A stretch of DNA of 64,000 nucleotides. Origin: an uncultured Candidatus Poseidoniales archaeon. Its GTDB lineage: Archaea; Thermoplasmatota; Poseidoniia; Poseidoniales; Poseidoniaceae. Numbering within the stretch: position 1 is the stretch's first letter; every line of letters begins with the position of its first letter. The notes beneath the pieces are model-generated. The model did no database searches. It was not told the DNA's origin and was given only the letters and a program-made list of their open reading frames with translations. The stretch covers positions 521 to 64,520 of the forward strand of contig CAXGZX010000002.1 in NCBI GenBank assembly GCA_964014545.1, written 5' to 3'. Position numbers and translations under genes: made by a program. Of the stretch, positions 1 to 8,819 are shown piece by piece.

Positions 1-7
1 GATTATT

Positions 8-730
8 ATGTTACATATTGGAGTTGATGAAGCAGGCAGAGGACCAGTTATCGGTCCTTTAGTCGTTGGATGTGTCTGTGTACCTGAAGAGGACATCAAA
101 CTGCTCGTTGAGGCTGGGGTTAAAGATTCGAAAGATTTGACTAAGAAAAAGCGTGAAACTATTCGCACATGGTTCTTTGAAAATTGTCAAACAAGAGGAT
201 GGAAATATTCAGTAATAACCTGTCAACCGGCAAGAATAGATTCAGCCGTAGCCAATAAAGGTCTAAATATTTTAGAAACCCAATTATTTGCGGAAGCAAT
301 CAATAAATTATCACTGACAGATGGAAATAATGGATTTATGATAACCAATGATGCTTGTGACGTAGATGAACAACGATTCACTAGAAGAATAAGTGCACTG
401 GTTGACCAATGGCCTTGGCCTAATTCGAATATGGTAAGTTTTCACAAAGCCGATGAAAATTACCCCATAGTTGGCATGGCTAGCATACTGGCAAAACAGC
501 ACAGAGATCATTGTATTAGTGAAATTGAAAATAAGGTCGGCTTCCCAATTGGTTCAGGTTACCCAAGTGATAAAAAAACTATAGATGCTGTACATCTCAT
601 GATAGGGGACAAGCCTCATGAAGACCTTCGTTGGTCATGGTCTACCGTCAAACGTATTTGGTCACAAAAGCATGATATTGAATTACCTGATAGATTAATT
701 TCTGAAGGTAATCAAACTACTTTGTTTTAA
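8..730 (+). CDS. rnhB: Ribonuclease HII
   Basis: N-terminal HIGVDEAGRGPVIGPLVV (the DEAGRG catalytic motif of type 2 RNase H), plus DSK and MASILAK segments typical of RNase HII. Complete 240-aa ORF. Confidence 0.9.
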   Translation: MLHIGVDEAGRGPVIGPLVVGCVCVPEEDIKLLVEAGVKDSKDLTKKKRETIRTWFFENCQTRGWKYSVITCQPARIDSAVANKGLNILETQLFAEAINKLSLTDGNNGFMITNDACDVDEQRFTRRISALVDQWPWPNSNMVSFHKADENYPIVGMASILAKQHRDHCISEIENKVGFPIGSGYPSDKKTIDAVHLMIGDKPHEDLRWSWSTVKRIWSQKHDIELPDRLISEGNQTTLF

Positions 731-779
731 ATTAACCATTCAATTCATCAAGGACTGGTGTTAGGGAGAATTGATTGGC

Positions 780-2492
780 ATGGACTGGACTCCGGACGAA
801 GCAACAGATACAATGCTATGGCATATGGCAATCCAAAATGCCATTGAATACTCTGGCAAAGCCAATCCTGGTTCAGTAATAGGTAGAATTATGGGTATGC
901 GGCAGGATTTACGACAGTATGGTAAATCACTTAGCCCGTTAATTGCCAAAAAAGTCGCTCAAGCCAATAATCTAGCCGGGGAGCAAGGCCTTGATTATTT
1001 GCGCACCATCTTACAAAATGAAGCTCCTCACTTACTAGAAGAAAGGGAAAAACAAACTAGAAGAGAAGGGTTACCCGAATTAAGTTCAGCACAAAAAGGC
1101 AAAGTTGTTCTGCGTTTTGCCCCCAATCCAAATGGCCCGTTATCTTTTGGTCACGCACGTGGAATTATTATCAATGGTGAATATGCTAAAGAGTATGATG
1201 GTGAACTAATATTACGATTTGATGATACAGATACTACAGTAAAACCTCCTCTCCCCGAAGCTTATGGAATTATTGAACAAGAAGCTGAATGGTTACTTGG
1301 TTTCAAGCCCCATCGAATTGTAATAGCTAGTAATCGAATCAAAGAATATTATGAGCATGTAGACATTATGCTTGATGGGGATTTTGGCTATGTTTGTCAA
1401 TGTAGTGCTGATGAATTTAGGGAATTCAGAGTTAGTAAAACAAATTGTCCTTGCAGAGATAATGATGTTAAACTAAATATCGAATTGTGGAATAAAATGC
1501 TGGATGGAACATTCGTTCCAGGAGATGCAGTTGTTCGGGTAAAAACTGATATGACCTTAAAAAATCCTGCACTACGAGATTGGCCAGCCCTAAGAATTCA
1601 AGATACAACAAAGAATCCACATCCAAGAAAAGAAATTGGTTCAAAGTACCGTGTTTGGCCGCTGTTAGATTTCCAAAGTGCGGTAGAGGATCACTTGCAG
1701 GGTGTAACCCATATTATTCGAGGAAAAGACCTCATGGATTCAACACGTAAACAGACATTACTTTACCAGCACTTCGGATGGGATTATCCTGAAACAATGT
1801 ACTGGGGAAGGGTCAAAGTTCACGAATGGGGTGGATTTTCTACTTCACAAATGCGCAAAGACATTGAATCCGGAAAATTCACTGGTTGGTCTGATCCACG
1901 ATTACCGACAATCGCAGGACTTAGTGGAACCGGTATCCAAGCCGAAGCTTTGCGTAATTTCTGGGTAGAATTAGGAGTAACCCAGAAAGATATATCTGTA
2001 CCGTTAAGTTCACTTTATTCTCACAATACTAAGATTATTGATGATGATGCACCAAGAATTTCCTTTATCAGAAATCCAGTTTTACTGGATTTATCTGGTG
2101 GCGAACAGAGCAGTATTGAGATTCCAACCCATCCAAATTTCCCGACAATGGGAAGTCGCAAAATCAGCTTAGCCTCCCAACAAGTGTTGATTGAATCAAC
2201 AGATTATGGTGAGAATCAATTAAGGTTGAAGGAATTTGCAGACTTTGATATTTCTGGAAACTCTGCAACCTTTGTGTCGCAAGAGAGAGGTGATACTCGC
2301 AAGATTATTCATTGGGCATCTGTTGACACATCTAGTAAAGCTACTTTGAAGATGGTTACGAATGGTGAAATTATCGAAATTGAAGGTGTATTAGAGCATC
2401 ATAGTTTATCCAAAGGAGACATTGTACAAATCGAACGTATTGGTTACGGTGTTATTGGTGAAGATAATACCATAATATTCACACATGACTAG
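780..2492 (+). CDS. gltX: Glutamyl-tRNA synthetase, archaeal/eukaryal-type class I
   Basis: VVLRFAPNPNGPLSFGHARG (HIGH-type motif), LRFDDTD, and the WPLLDFQSAVEDHLQGVTHIIRGKDL core typical of Glu/GlnRS. The ORF opens at TTG 771, but ATG 780 lies 11 nt after GGGAG and is preferred. Confidence 0.9.
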   Translation: MDWTPDEATDTMLWHMAIQNAIEYSGKANPGSVIGRIMGMRQDLRQYGKSLSPLIAKKVAQANNLAGEQGLDYLRTILQNEAPHLLEEREKQTRREGLPELSSAQKGKVVLRFAPNPNGPLSFGHARGIIINGEYAKEYDGELILRFDDTDTTVKPPLPEAYGIIEQEAEWLLGFKPHRIVIASNRIKEYYEHVDIMLDGDFGYVCQCSADEFREFRVSKTNCPCRDNDVKLNIELWNKMLDGTFVPGDAVVRVKTDMTLKNPALRDWPALRIQDTTKNPHPRKEIGSKYRVWPLLDFQSAVEDHLQGVTHIIRGKDLMDSTRKQTLLYQHFGWDYPETMYWGRVKVHEWGGFSTSQMRKDIESGKFTGWSDPRLPTIAGLSGTGIQAEALRNFWVELGVTQKDISVPLSSLYSHNTKIIDDDAPRISFIRNPVLLDLSGGEQSSIEIPTHPNFPTMGSRKISLASQQVLIESTDYGENQLRLKEFADFDISGNSATFVSQERGDTRKIIHWASVDTSSKATLKMVTNGEIIEIEGVLEHHSLSKGDIVQIERIGYGVIGEDNTIIFTHD

Positions 2493-2527
2493 AAACTATC
2501 AAAATGCAGTAGCCATACAGGTTAACT

Positions 2528-2947
2528 ATGCCTAGTAGTGATAAGACAGTTGCCGATTTGGACTTAAATGATGAACACATCACCGCAGGCCTTGAAGATA
2601 GCCTTCAAGAAGCGGCTAAGCGCTTGCTAACCGTGCCAGGTGGAATATTAGTAATTCTTGATGACGATTCACGGGTGAAGGGGGTTATTGGCCACAAACA
2701 GATTCTCACCGCAATAGTCAAAGGTGCAGAACCAAGTAATACCAAATGTAGTGATTATATGGAAATGGATTTTATGGAAATTCAGCACGACCAACCACTT
2801 TCCAAGGTGCTAAAACAGATAAAAGAAAGAACGCCACAAGCCGTAGTTTCAGTTGACGAAAATGGGGAATTTAGTGGTTATTTTTCACCCTCAGATTATA
2901 TGGAAAGTAAGTTATTAGTAAAATCTTTGAAGAGTTTAAAACTCTGA
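2528..2947 (+). CDS. CBS-domain pair protein
   Basis: Two CBS-like units (ILVILDDDSRVKGVIGHKQIL and AVVSVDENGEFSGYFSPSDY) in a 139-aa ORF. Confidence 0.6.
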   Translation: MPSSDKTVADLDLNDEHITAGLEDSLQEAAKRLLTVPGGILVILDDDSRVKGVIGHKQILTAIVKGAEPSNTKCSDYMEMDFMEIQHDQPLSKVLKQIKERTPQAVVSVDENGEFSGYFSPSDYMESKLLVKSLKSLKL

Positions 2948-5017
2948 TTAACCAACTATTTTTATGGTTTTCCCACACCCACTACAGGCTATTTTTAATG
3001 GCCTCTCGTCGCTGGTGACTGGAATTTTGGTATCACATGCTGGGCAGCCAACAACCGGAACATCTACCGTGACTTCTGGCTTCTCATCAACTTCATTTAA
3101 TTGCAACCTTCTGGGGCTGACTAGCGCAGTAAGTAACCATAATCCCGAAGTTACTGCTGAAGAGCCAATCACAAATAATTCAGGATATGAAAAGAAGTAA
3201 ATTAGTGCAACAATTGGTAGTAATACTAACTCTAACATTAGGAACCTGCGATGTTTATTCTTAGTCATTGAAAGGGAGATGATAAGACCAAAAGAAATTA
3301 TGATCAACGTGATTATGGTTAATGGCATTGGTGTGGAAATTAAGCCTTTACTTGGTTGGATGTAGAATGAAAATTCTTCATCAAGACTCATTGATGTACC
3401 TTCAACCTTGATTACTTCACCCCACGGGTATCTAGAATGGGAAAATGAAAGATCGTCTGTCTCCAATAAATCAGCTGTTCCAAAGGAGGTAGTAATTGAC
3501 GACTTGGCCTCTAATTTGAACGTGTATGATTGCCAAAGGGGCGCACTTTGAGTAGATGTGAAGCTGCTTACAAGATCAAATCGCTCCCCATCTTGCACAG
3601 TTTGAAGTGTAGAAAATGTCAAACTCAAGGGGTGATAAATAACTCGATCTTCACCTTTTAAATCAAGAGATATTGAAATCGTATCAAAATCTGTCGAATC
3701 ACCAATCAAATCTGAACTGTCAAGTTGCATGCCATTTATATCAGACATATAGGTTCGATATCTTTTACTCATCTCTCTTTCAAACTGCTCTAGTTCAACA
3801 TTTTCAATACTACGACTTTCCCGGTCTTCATCAGCTACGCCGCCAGGACTCCAGCCATAAAATACTGAATTAGTTGGTAGATCGTTATCTCCGATGTGAT
3901 CCATTCCCCATCTCATCCAGTAAGCCATTTCACCATCAATTTCCAATGTAGTAGTCCTTGATAATTTCAAATTACCATCATCACTAGCAAGGTCAACAAT
4001 TTGGGTAATGGTTAGTGGGCTTCCGCTTCCTCCGGTTCGCAGTGGTTCATTATCTGGGTAGAATGTGCCTGTACCTCCGCCGGTGTCTGAGGTTTCAATT
4101 GTGAACTGTGCTGAGCCCTCAATCAATGGACCTCCATCTTGAAAATTTAGTCTTACACTGACCTGTATTGACTGTTCGCCACCTGACGCTTCAGTCCATG
4201 TCCAAGTAACTACAATAGAATCACCACTCTGCGTTTTAATGGGCTCTCCAGGCACTTCTTGGTTGTCTACAGATAATTCAATAGATTCTGAATATGCAAG
4301 AGCATCAAGACCAAATGGCGAATCTATAATTACCGAAATATAGGCATCACTGCCTTCAATTTCCGGCTCATCTACGGACAATTCCATCAAAGGTATATCT
4401 GCTGTTATCTTTGAATCAAAATCTGTTGAACCCCATAGAAATTCTAACTCTGCATTACCACCAGGAACGCTAAAAATTACTGAACGTGCGCTAAGAACCA
4501 ATTCGATTTCACTAGACGAGGACACTGACATTTCATCAACCGGTATTGAAAACTCGATTGTCCCCTCACCTTGTGTCAGTACAGACGAATCAATATTTGT
4601 TGAATCCGAGAACGTTTGTGAGCCAATCTTGATTGTTGCAGTAGCGTTAATTTGGGCGCCACCTGCATCAGTTACCCGGTAATTCATGACCAAATTCCAA
4701 TTTGATTCGGGTATTGAACCTGGCCAAACTTTACCCATGCTCCAAACACCTACCTCTTCTTGGGATGTTATCGAGTTGGTAATCAATGCATTACTTGCTT
4801 CGTCTTCTAATAATTGAGAAAAAGGCGTAAGTGTACCACTTGAACCACCGATTAGGTACAAATCTACATCATGAGAGTCTTCACAGCACACCACCACTGA
4901 TTCTGCTTCGACTACACCAGAAAGTTGTGATGAAAATGGCAAAGAAATCATCAATAAGACCAGGGTTAGCTGAACTATTCTTGTCGACAAACCTCTCACC
5001 ACATCATCGCCAATCAT
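2948..5017 (-). CDS. Surface/membrane protein with cytoplasmic C-terminal zinc ribbon (function unknown)
   Basis: Signal/anchor (IVQLTLVLLMISLPFSSQL), a long Ser/Thr/Asp-rich ectodomain, C-proximal TM helices, and a terminal CPAC...CSGC ribbon (VVGCPACDTKIPVTSDERPLKIACSGCGKTIKIVG). No family recognised. Confidence 0.5.
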   Translation of the reverse strand: MIGDDVVRGLSTRIVQLTLVLLMISLPFSSQLSGVVEAESVVVCCEDSHDVDLYLIGGSSGTLTPFSQLLEDEASNALITNSITSQEEVGVWSMGKVWPGSIPESNWNLVMNYRVTDAGGAQINATATIKIGSQTFSDSTNIDSSVLTQGEGTIEFSIPVDEMSVSSSSEIELVLSARSVIFSVPGGNAELEFLWGSTDFDSKITADIPLMELSVDEPEIEGSDAYISVIIDSPFGLDALAYSESIELSVDNQEVPGEPIKTQSGDSIVVTWTWTEASGGEQSIQVSVRLNFQDGGPLIEGSAQFTIETSDTGGGTGTFYPDNEPLRTGGSGSPLTITQIVDLASDDGNLKLSRTTTLEIDGEMAYWMRWGMDHIGDNDLPTNSVFYGWSPGGVADEDRESRSIENVELEQFEREMSKRYRTYMSDINGMQLDSSDLIGDSTDFDTISISLDLKGEDRVIYHPLSLTFSTLQTVQDGERFDLVSSFTSTQSAPLWQSYTFKLEAKSSITTSFGTADLLETDDLSFSHSRYPWGEVIKVEGTSMSLDEEFSFYIQPSKGLISTPMPLTIITLIIISFGLIISLSMTKNKHRRFLMLELVLLPIVALIYFFSYPELFVIGSSAVTSGLWLLTALVSPRRLQLNEVDEKPEVTVDVPVVGCPACDTKIPVTSDERPLKIACSGCGKTIKIVG

Positions 5018-5087
5018 TCATGGCTCATAATTTACTCTACTACATGAAGACAATTATGAGTATTACATGCAGTTTAGATATCTTCCG

Positions 5088-5438
5088 TCAAAGGGCTTTT
5101 TCTAGCAGAGCACCAAGCTCTTTTTCAAATAATGAGACCAAGGCTTCACCAACTTCACCCTGCAAATCGTCAGGCAGTAATCTAAGCCCAAGTCTTGTAG
5201 CGGCTCTTGTAGCCTTAAGTTCCGCATAAATAGAGCGGGCTTTAGATTGGAAATAATAAGACACAGCATCTTTTATTTCACTTTTCAATTCTGGATCCGC
5301 ATCGACTTTATTGCGGATATGAGTCTTTAATTCATCTTTGACAAGGTCCCTAAATGCCTCAATAACTAAATCTTCGGTAGAAAGTAGTTCCTTGATTTGG
5401 TCTTTGATACTTCCAGTTAGTAATCTCTCTATTGCCAT
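5088..5438 (-). CDS. Hypothetical small helical protein
   Basis: 116-aa ORF with a charged, helix-favouring composition. It is co-directional with its neighbours. No motif recognised. Confidence 0.4.
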   Translation of the reverse strand: MAIERLLTGSIKDQIKELLSTEDLVIEAFRDLVKDELKTHIRNKVDADPELKSEIKDAVSYYFQSKARSIYAELKATRAATRLGLRLLPDDLQGEVGEALVSLFEKELGALLEKAL

Positions 5439-5481
5439 GGCCTACCCACACAGCCATATGGTTTCAATTCATCGACAAATG

Positions 5482-6381
5482 TCACATCAACTGACCTGAG
5501 GTAATTAATTGCTTCAGGAGGTTAGATGCGAATACTTTGCCTTCTGCATTTTCTTCTGGCCATGCTTCTTGGGTAGTGTAAATTTGTGAGTGCAAATCGT
5601 GTTGCTCATTGCCAGTAACAATCCTATACCAAATTAATTCCTCTAGTCTTGGAGTTGATAGCTTGTCATTAGAAAGGCAAGGTAAAGCTAGTTCACTAAG
5701 CGCCTGTTGACGTTGTTCATAGGCCATTTTTGACCATTTCTTGGCCAGCCTTTTCAGCATTGAAGCAGACATATTTGGTAACATGCCGATATCTGGGTTA
5801 GTTATTTCAGGTAAAGGCAACAAACGAATTGAGCCCTCATCTTGTAAGATATCTCTAATTTTGGTATAGACGGGGTCATAAGAATTGTCTAATGACTCCC
5901 GAAGCCAATGACCAACGCCAGATAATGACCTTAACCTTCTGACTCTTGTTCCGTTAGGGCATATTTCAGAGGCGATTGCAGCACACTGAATAACTACATC
6001 AAGAGCGCCATTGTGGGCTTTATCGGAGTTTGGGTGATTTACTGAAATTGCTAATGGGACAATACGCATCCTAAGTGATTCATCAATTTCTTCGGATTGC
6101 CAAGTTTCTTCATAATGCTCAATGCTAATTATTAAATCAGCTTTTGATTGGTAATCGTATTCATCACCTTTTGGTTGATGTATTTTGGATTGTAGAATTT
6201 TTCTGCTGTAAGGCACATTAGCATCGATCATTGCAGATTCCAAGTATGCAAGAGAAAGAATGCTTTCAAAATCTGCTGTAGCAAATATGGCAACACTATT
6301 AGCAGATTTTATTTTATCAACTAACGAAGTAATTCTATTTTTGACATCACGAAACAAGTTTGTTTCTAAAATATCATTCAT
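5482..6381 (-). CDS. RecJ/Cdc45(GAN)-like DHH-domain protein with degenerate catalytic motifs (tentative)
   Basis: VAIFATADFESILSLAYL aligns by eye with DHH motif I (hhhxHxDxDGxxS, here D-F-E-S). LIISIEHY aligns with motif III (hhhxDHH, here E-H-Y). The gene lies immediately upstream of rps15, a linkage I recall for archaeal RecJ homologues. Confidence 0.4.
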   Translation of the reverse strand: MNDILETNLFRDVKNRITSLVDKIKSANSVAIFATADFESILSLAYLESAMIDANVPYSRKILQSKIHQPKGDEYDYQSKADLIISIEHYEETWQSEEIDESLRMRIVPLAISVNHPNSDKAHNGALDVVIQCAAIASEICPNGTRVRRLRSLSGVGHWLRESLDNSYDPVYTKIRDILQDEGSIRLLPLPEITNPDIGMLPNMSASMLKRLAKKWSKMAYEQRQQALSELALPCLSNDKLSTPRLEELIWYRIVTGNEQHDLHSQIYTTQEAWPEENAEGKVFASNLLKQLITSGQLM

Positions 6382-6431
6382 CGCTATCAGTTAACCTATG
6401 AGGCCAGTTGTTATTCAATCTCTCGATAAAC

Positions 6432-6890
6432 TTACTCGACCATTAGTCTGAGTTCGTCTCTCTTGTAACGCCAATCTTTCGGCAGTTTGCCTTCCGAAAT
6501 GTAGTAATTAGCCAATCGCCTAATCTTTGATTCAGTTATCTCAAGCGAACGCTTGTTGTGAATGTCTTTGTGATTACCACTGCCCAGATGTTCAATGATT
6601 CTAGCCGCTTGACGCATGAGATTCATCATGTCTTCCGGGTAGGTTCCGCCAATATCATTTTCTGATAGAATAGCACCAATTCTCTTACCGGTGACCAGTT
6701 TGACATTGGGAACCGCATGTTGGTCACGCAGGATGGTGCCAATTTGTGCAGTTGTGTTCCCGGCTTTTCCGAGGTCAACAACTAGTTTGGTAACTTCATC
6801 AACGTTGGTATTAGACCACTCTGGAGCTGCAGTAACGTGGGGTTTCGATGAACCACTTTGGCCTTTTCTAGACTTGTACATACGTGCCAT
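6432..6890 (-). CDS. rps15: 30S ribosomal protein S15 (uS15, archaeal S13e-type)
   Basis: MARMYKSRKGQSGSSKPH start, plus IGTILRDQHAVPNVKLVTGKRI and HNKRSLEITESKIRRLANYY. The ORF extends to 6899 (MINMARMY), but MARM is the conserved N terminus. Confidence 0.9.
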   Translation of the reverse strand: MARMYKSRKGQSGSSKPHVTAAPEWSNTNVDEVTKLVVDLGKAGNTTAQIGTILRDQHAVPNVKLVTGKRIGAILSENDIGGTYPEDMMNLMRQAARIIEHLGSGNHKDIHNKRSLEITESKIRRLANYYISEGKLPKDWRYKRDELRLMVE

Positions 6891-6966
6891 GTTAATCACT
6901 CAAGCACTCTGCCGACTTGCCTCTCATTATTAACCACTCCGCATGGTGACATACCACTCACCAAGA

Positions 6967-8748
6967 CTAGATTCTTTGATGGCCTTTAGCGACAATACCA
7001 GGAATTTTATCCCATTCCCAGCCAGAAGCAGTCGCCCTTGCCAATCCAATCGGCTGATTATTTTGCAGTATTAGAACATCATCACCTGAGTTAATTCCCT
7101 CATCAAAAGATTCCACTATTGAGGCAAAGACATCTCCTTTCCACTTTATCGATGGTTTAATTATCGCAGTTTTCAGTGATGAATTCTCGGCAATGAGTTT
7201 GACAGATGATTTGGAAAGGGAAAAGCCCCTGCGGTCATTAGACCACTGCGCTATTTGTTTGCCATCTAATTCAATCTTCCAATAAGGTGGCTTACCACGT
7301 ATTTTAACGCCCTCTAGCCAACGATCATTATTCATTTTGTATCTTGCCACACTCTGAAAGTTGTCGACCAATATACGATGATGACGGCGATTTCGGGGGG
7401 ATAAATCTTGATTTACTTTGGCCACTGCTTGGCGTAAATTGTCAAGAGCGTCTCTAGAAGTAGCCGGCAAACCGTTCCTGGTCTCAATATACTTGATTCC
7501 ATCCAGCTGGAAACTCATTGATGAGTGATTGATCACCGTATGATAATTATGCCGGGACAATAAGGCTTTGACCATTGCTTCAGATCTTGCAAATTCGTCA
7601 AGACTCCAATCTCCAGTCACTGGAATGTCATAATGAGACGCAGGCCAGACCTCTTCTAAATCCCTAGGAACAAGTCCAAGAGGTGAGGTAACCATTACCT
7701 CATGGTAACAACTTATACCAATCGCATCCATAAATTTACGATGAGATTTAGACATTCTGTAGGGCTTCTTTGCTGAACACGGCAACAGAATTAGTACATT
7801 ATCAATACCATTTGGCGCAACATAATCATTAGTCATGTAATCAACCCACTTTGTGATAATTGGATTTTCTAAAGAGATGGGAGAATTACAATGCAATATT
7901 GTGCTAGAGTCCACATGAGAGATTCCCAGATCAGCATTGGTCAAACTCAATTTGTCGTGGTGACGTAGATGTTCTACAAGTTTTGGACTGTTTAATGATT
8001 GGCGCTCCACTAAAGTTCTCAAAGTTCCACCTGCTAAGTGTGATTTAATTTCTTTTAGAGCATTATTCCATTGAACAATTTGACAACTCATATCAGCACT
8101 ATCGTCTGTATCGTCAACTAAATTCCTAGGACCTGATTCAGTCAATAACAAATTAGCAGCCATACATTGCCTTGAACGACTTAAATCAAATAAATCAACC
8201 CCAAACCACACGAGTACTGCTGCATTATCTGGCCCACCTAATCCCGGGGTCCAAATTAAGGCACCAGGGAAACGGTTTTTGATCACCGTCAAAGCACGAA
8301 CTAACTTGTCCTTTTGGGCCGCCAATTGTACCGCATCAACAAGAACCACAATACTTGGTTGGAGATTGCTATCTGTCAACTTGGAATCATGATTCAATCG
8401 CTGCCAAGAAAGTGGTAATAAGGCCCCTGTCTCAGCTAATTCGCCAGCATCAGCCTCTTCTAAAGAGGGTGGTAAAACATGACCAATTTTCGCAGTAAAT
8501 TTCGGCGATTCATCTTGGAAATCTGGCGGCGAAAGTGGCAGTCTAGCATCAAAAGTTAGAGTTGCCGGGATTTCATTGTCTGTAGTGGTTGAAAATGGGG
8601 CTAATTTGACCGGGATTTCAGGGTCACCGTCCAATTGTATCAAGCATGGAGTTGTCGCAGAAGGTACCTTTCTATCACCTAGGCCCCAACTCCTAGCATA
8701 CAGGTAGCGATGAATTACCGTCCGTCCTAATTCATTCGCCATATTCAA
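6967..8748 (-). CDS. arcS: Archaeosine synthase ArcS (TgtA2-like, PUA domain)
   Basis: Exact match to the ArcS signature PC-x3-KPY-x2-S-x2-H (LPCSAKKPYRMSKSHRKF). C-terminal PUA-like segment (DDVLILQNNQPIGLARATASGWEW) and an N-terminal TGT-like remnant. Confidence 0.75.
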   Translation of the reverse strand: MNMANELGRTVIHRYLYARSWGLGDRKVPSATTPCLIQLDGDPEIPVKLAPFSTTTDNEIPATLTFDARLPLSPPDFQDESPKFTAKIGHVLPPSLEEADAGELAETGALLPLSWQRLNHDSKLTDSNLQPSIVVLVDAVQLAAQKDKLVRALTVIKNRFPGALIWTPGLGGPDNAAVLVWFGVDLFDLSRSRQCMAANLLLTESGPRNLVDDTDDSADMSCQIVQWNNALKEIKSHLAGGTLRTLVERQSLNSPKLVEHLRHHDKLSLTNADLGISHVDSSTILHCNSPISLENPIITKWVDYMTNDYVAPNGIDNVLILLPCSAKKPYRMSKSHRKFMDAIGISCYHEVMVTSPLGLVPRDLEEVWPASHYDIPVTGDWSLDEFARSEAMVKALLSRHNYHTVINHSSMSFQLDGIKYIETRNGLPATSRDALDNLRQAVAKVNQDLSPRNRRHHRILVDNFQSVARYKMNNDRWLEGVKIRGKPPYWKIELDGKQIAQWSNDRRGFSLSKSSVKLIAENSSLKTAIIKPSIKWKGDVFASIVESFDEGINSGDDVLILQNNQPIGLARATASGWEWDKIPGIVAKGHQRI

Positions 8749-8819
8749 TCCTAATGCTATTCGTACAAGAATAATTCCTTCTAATCCCTAACTTCAAACA
8801 TGACATCGAGTACGGCAAG

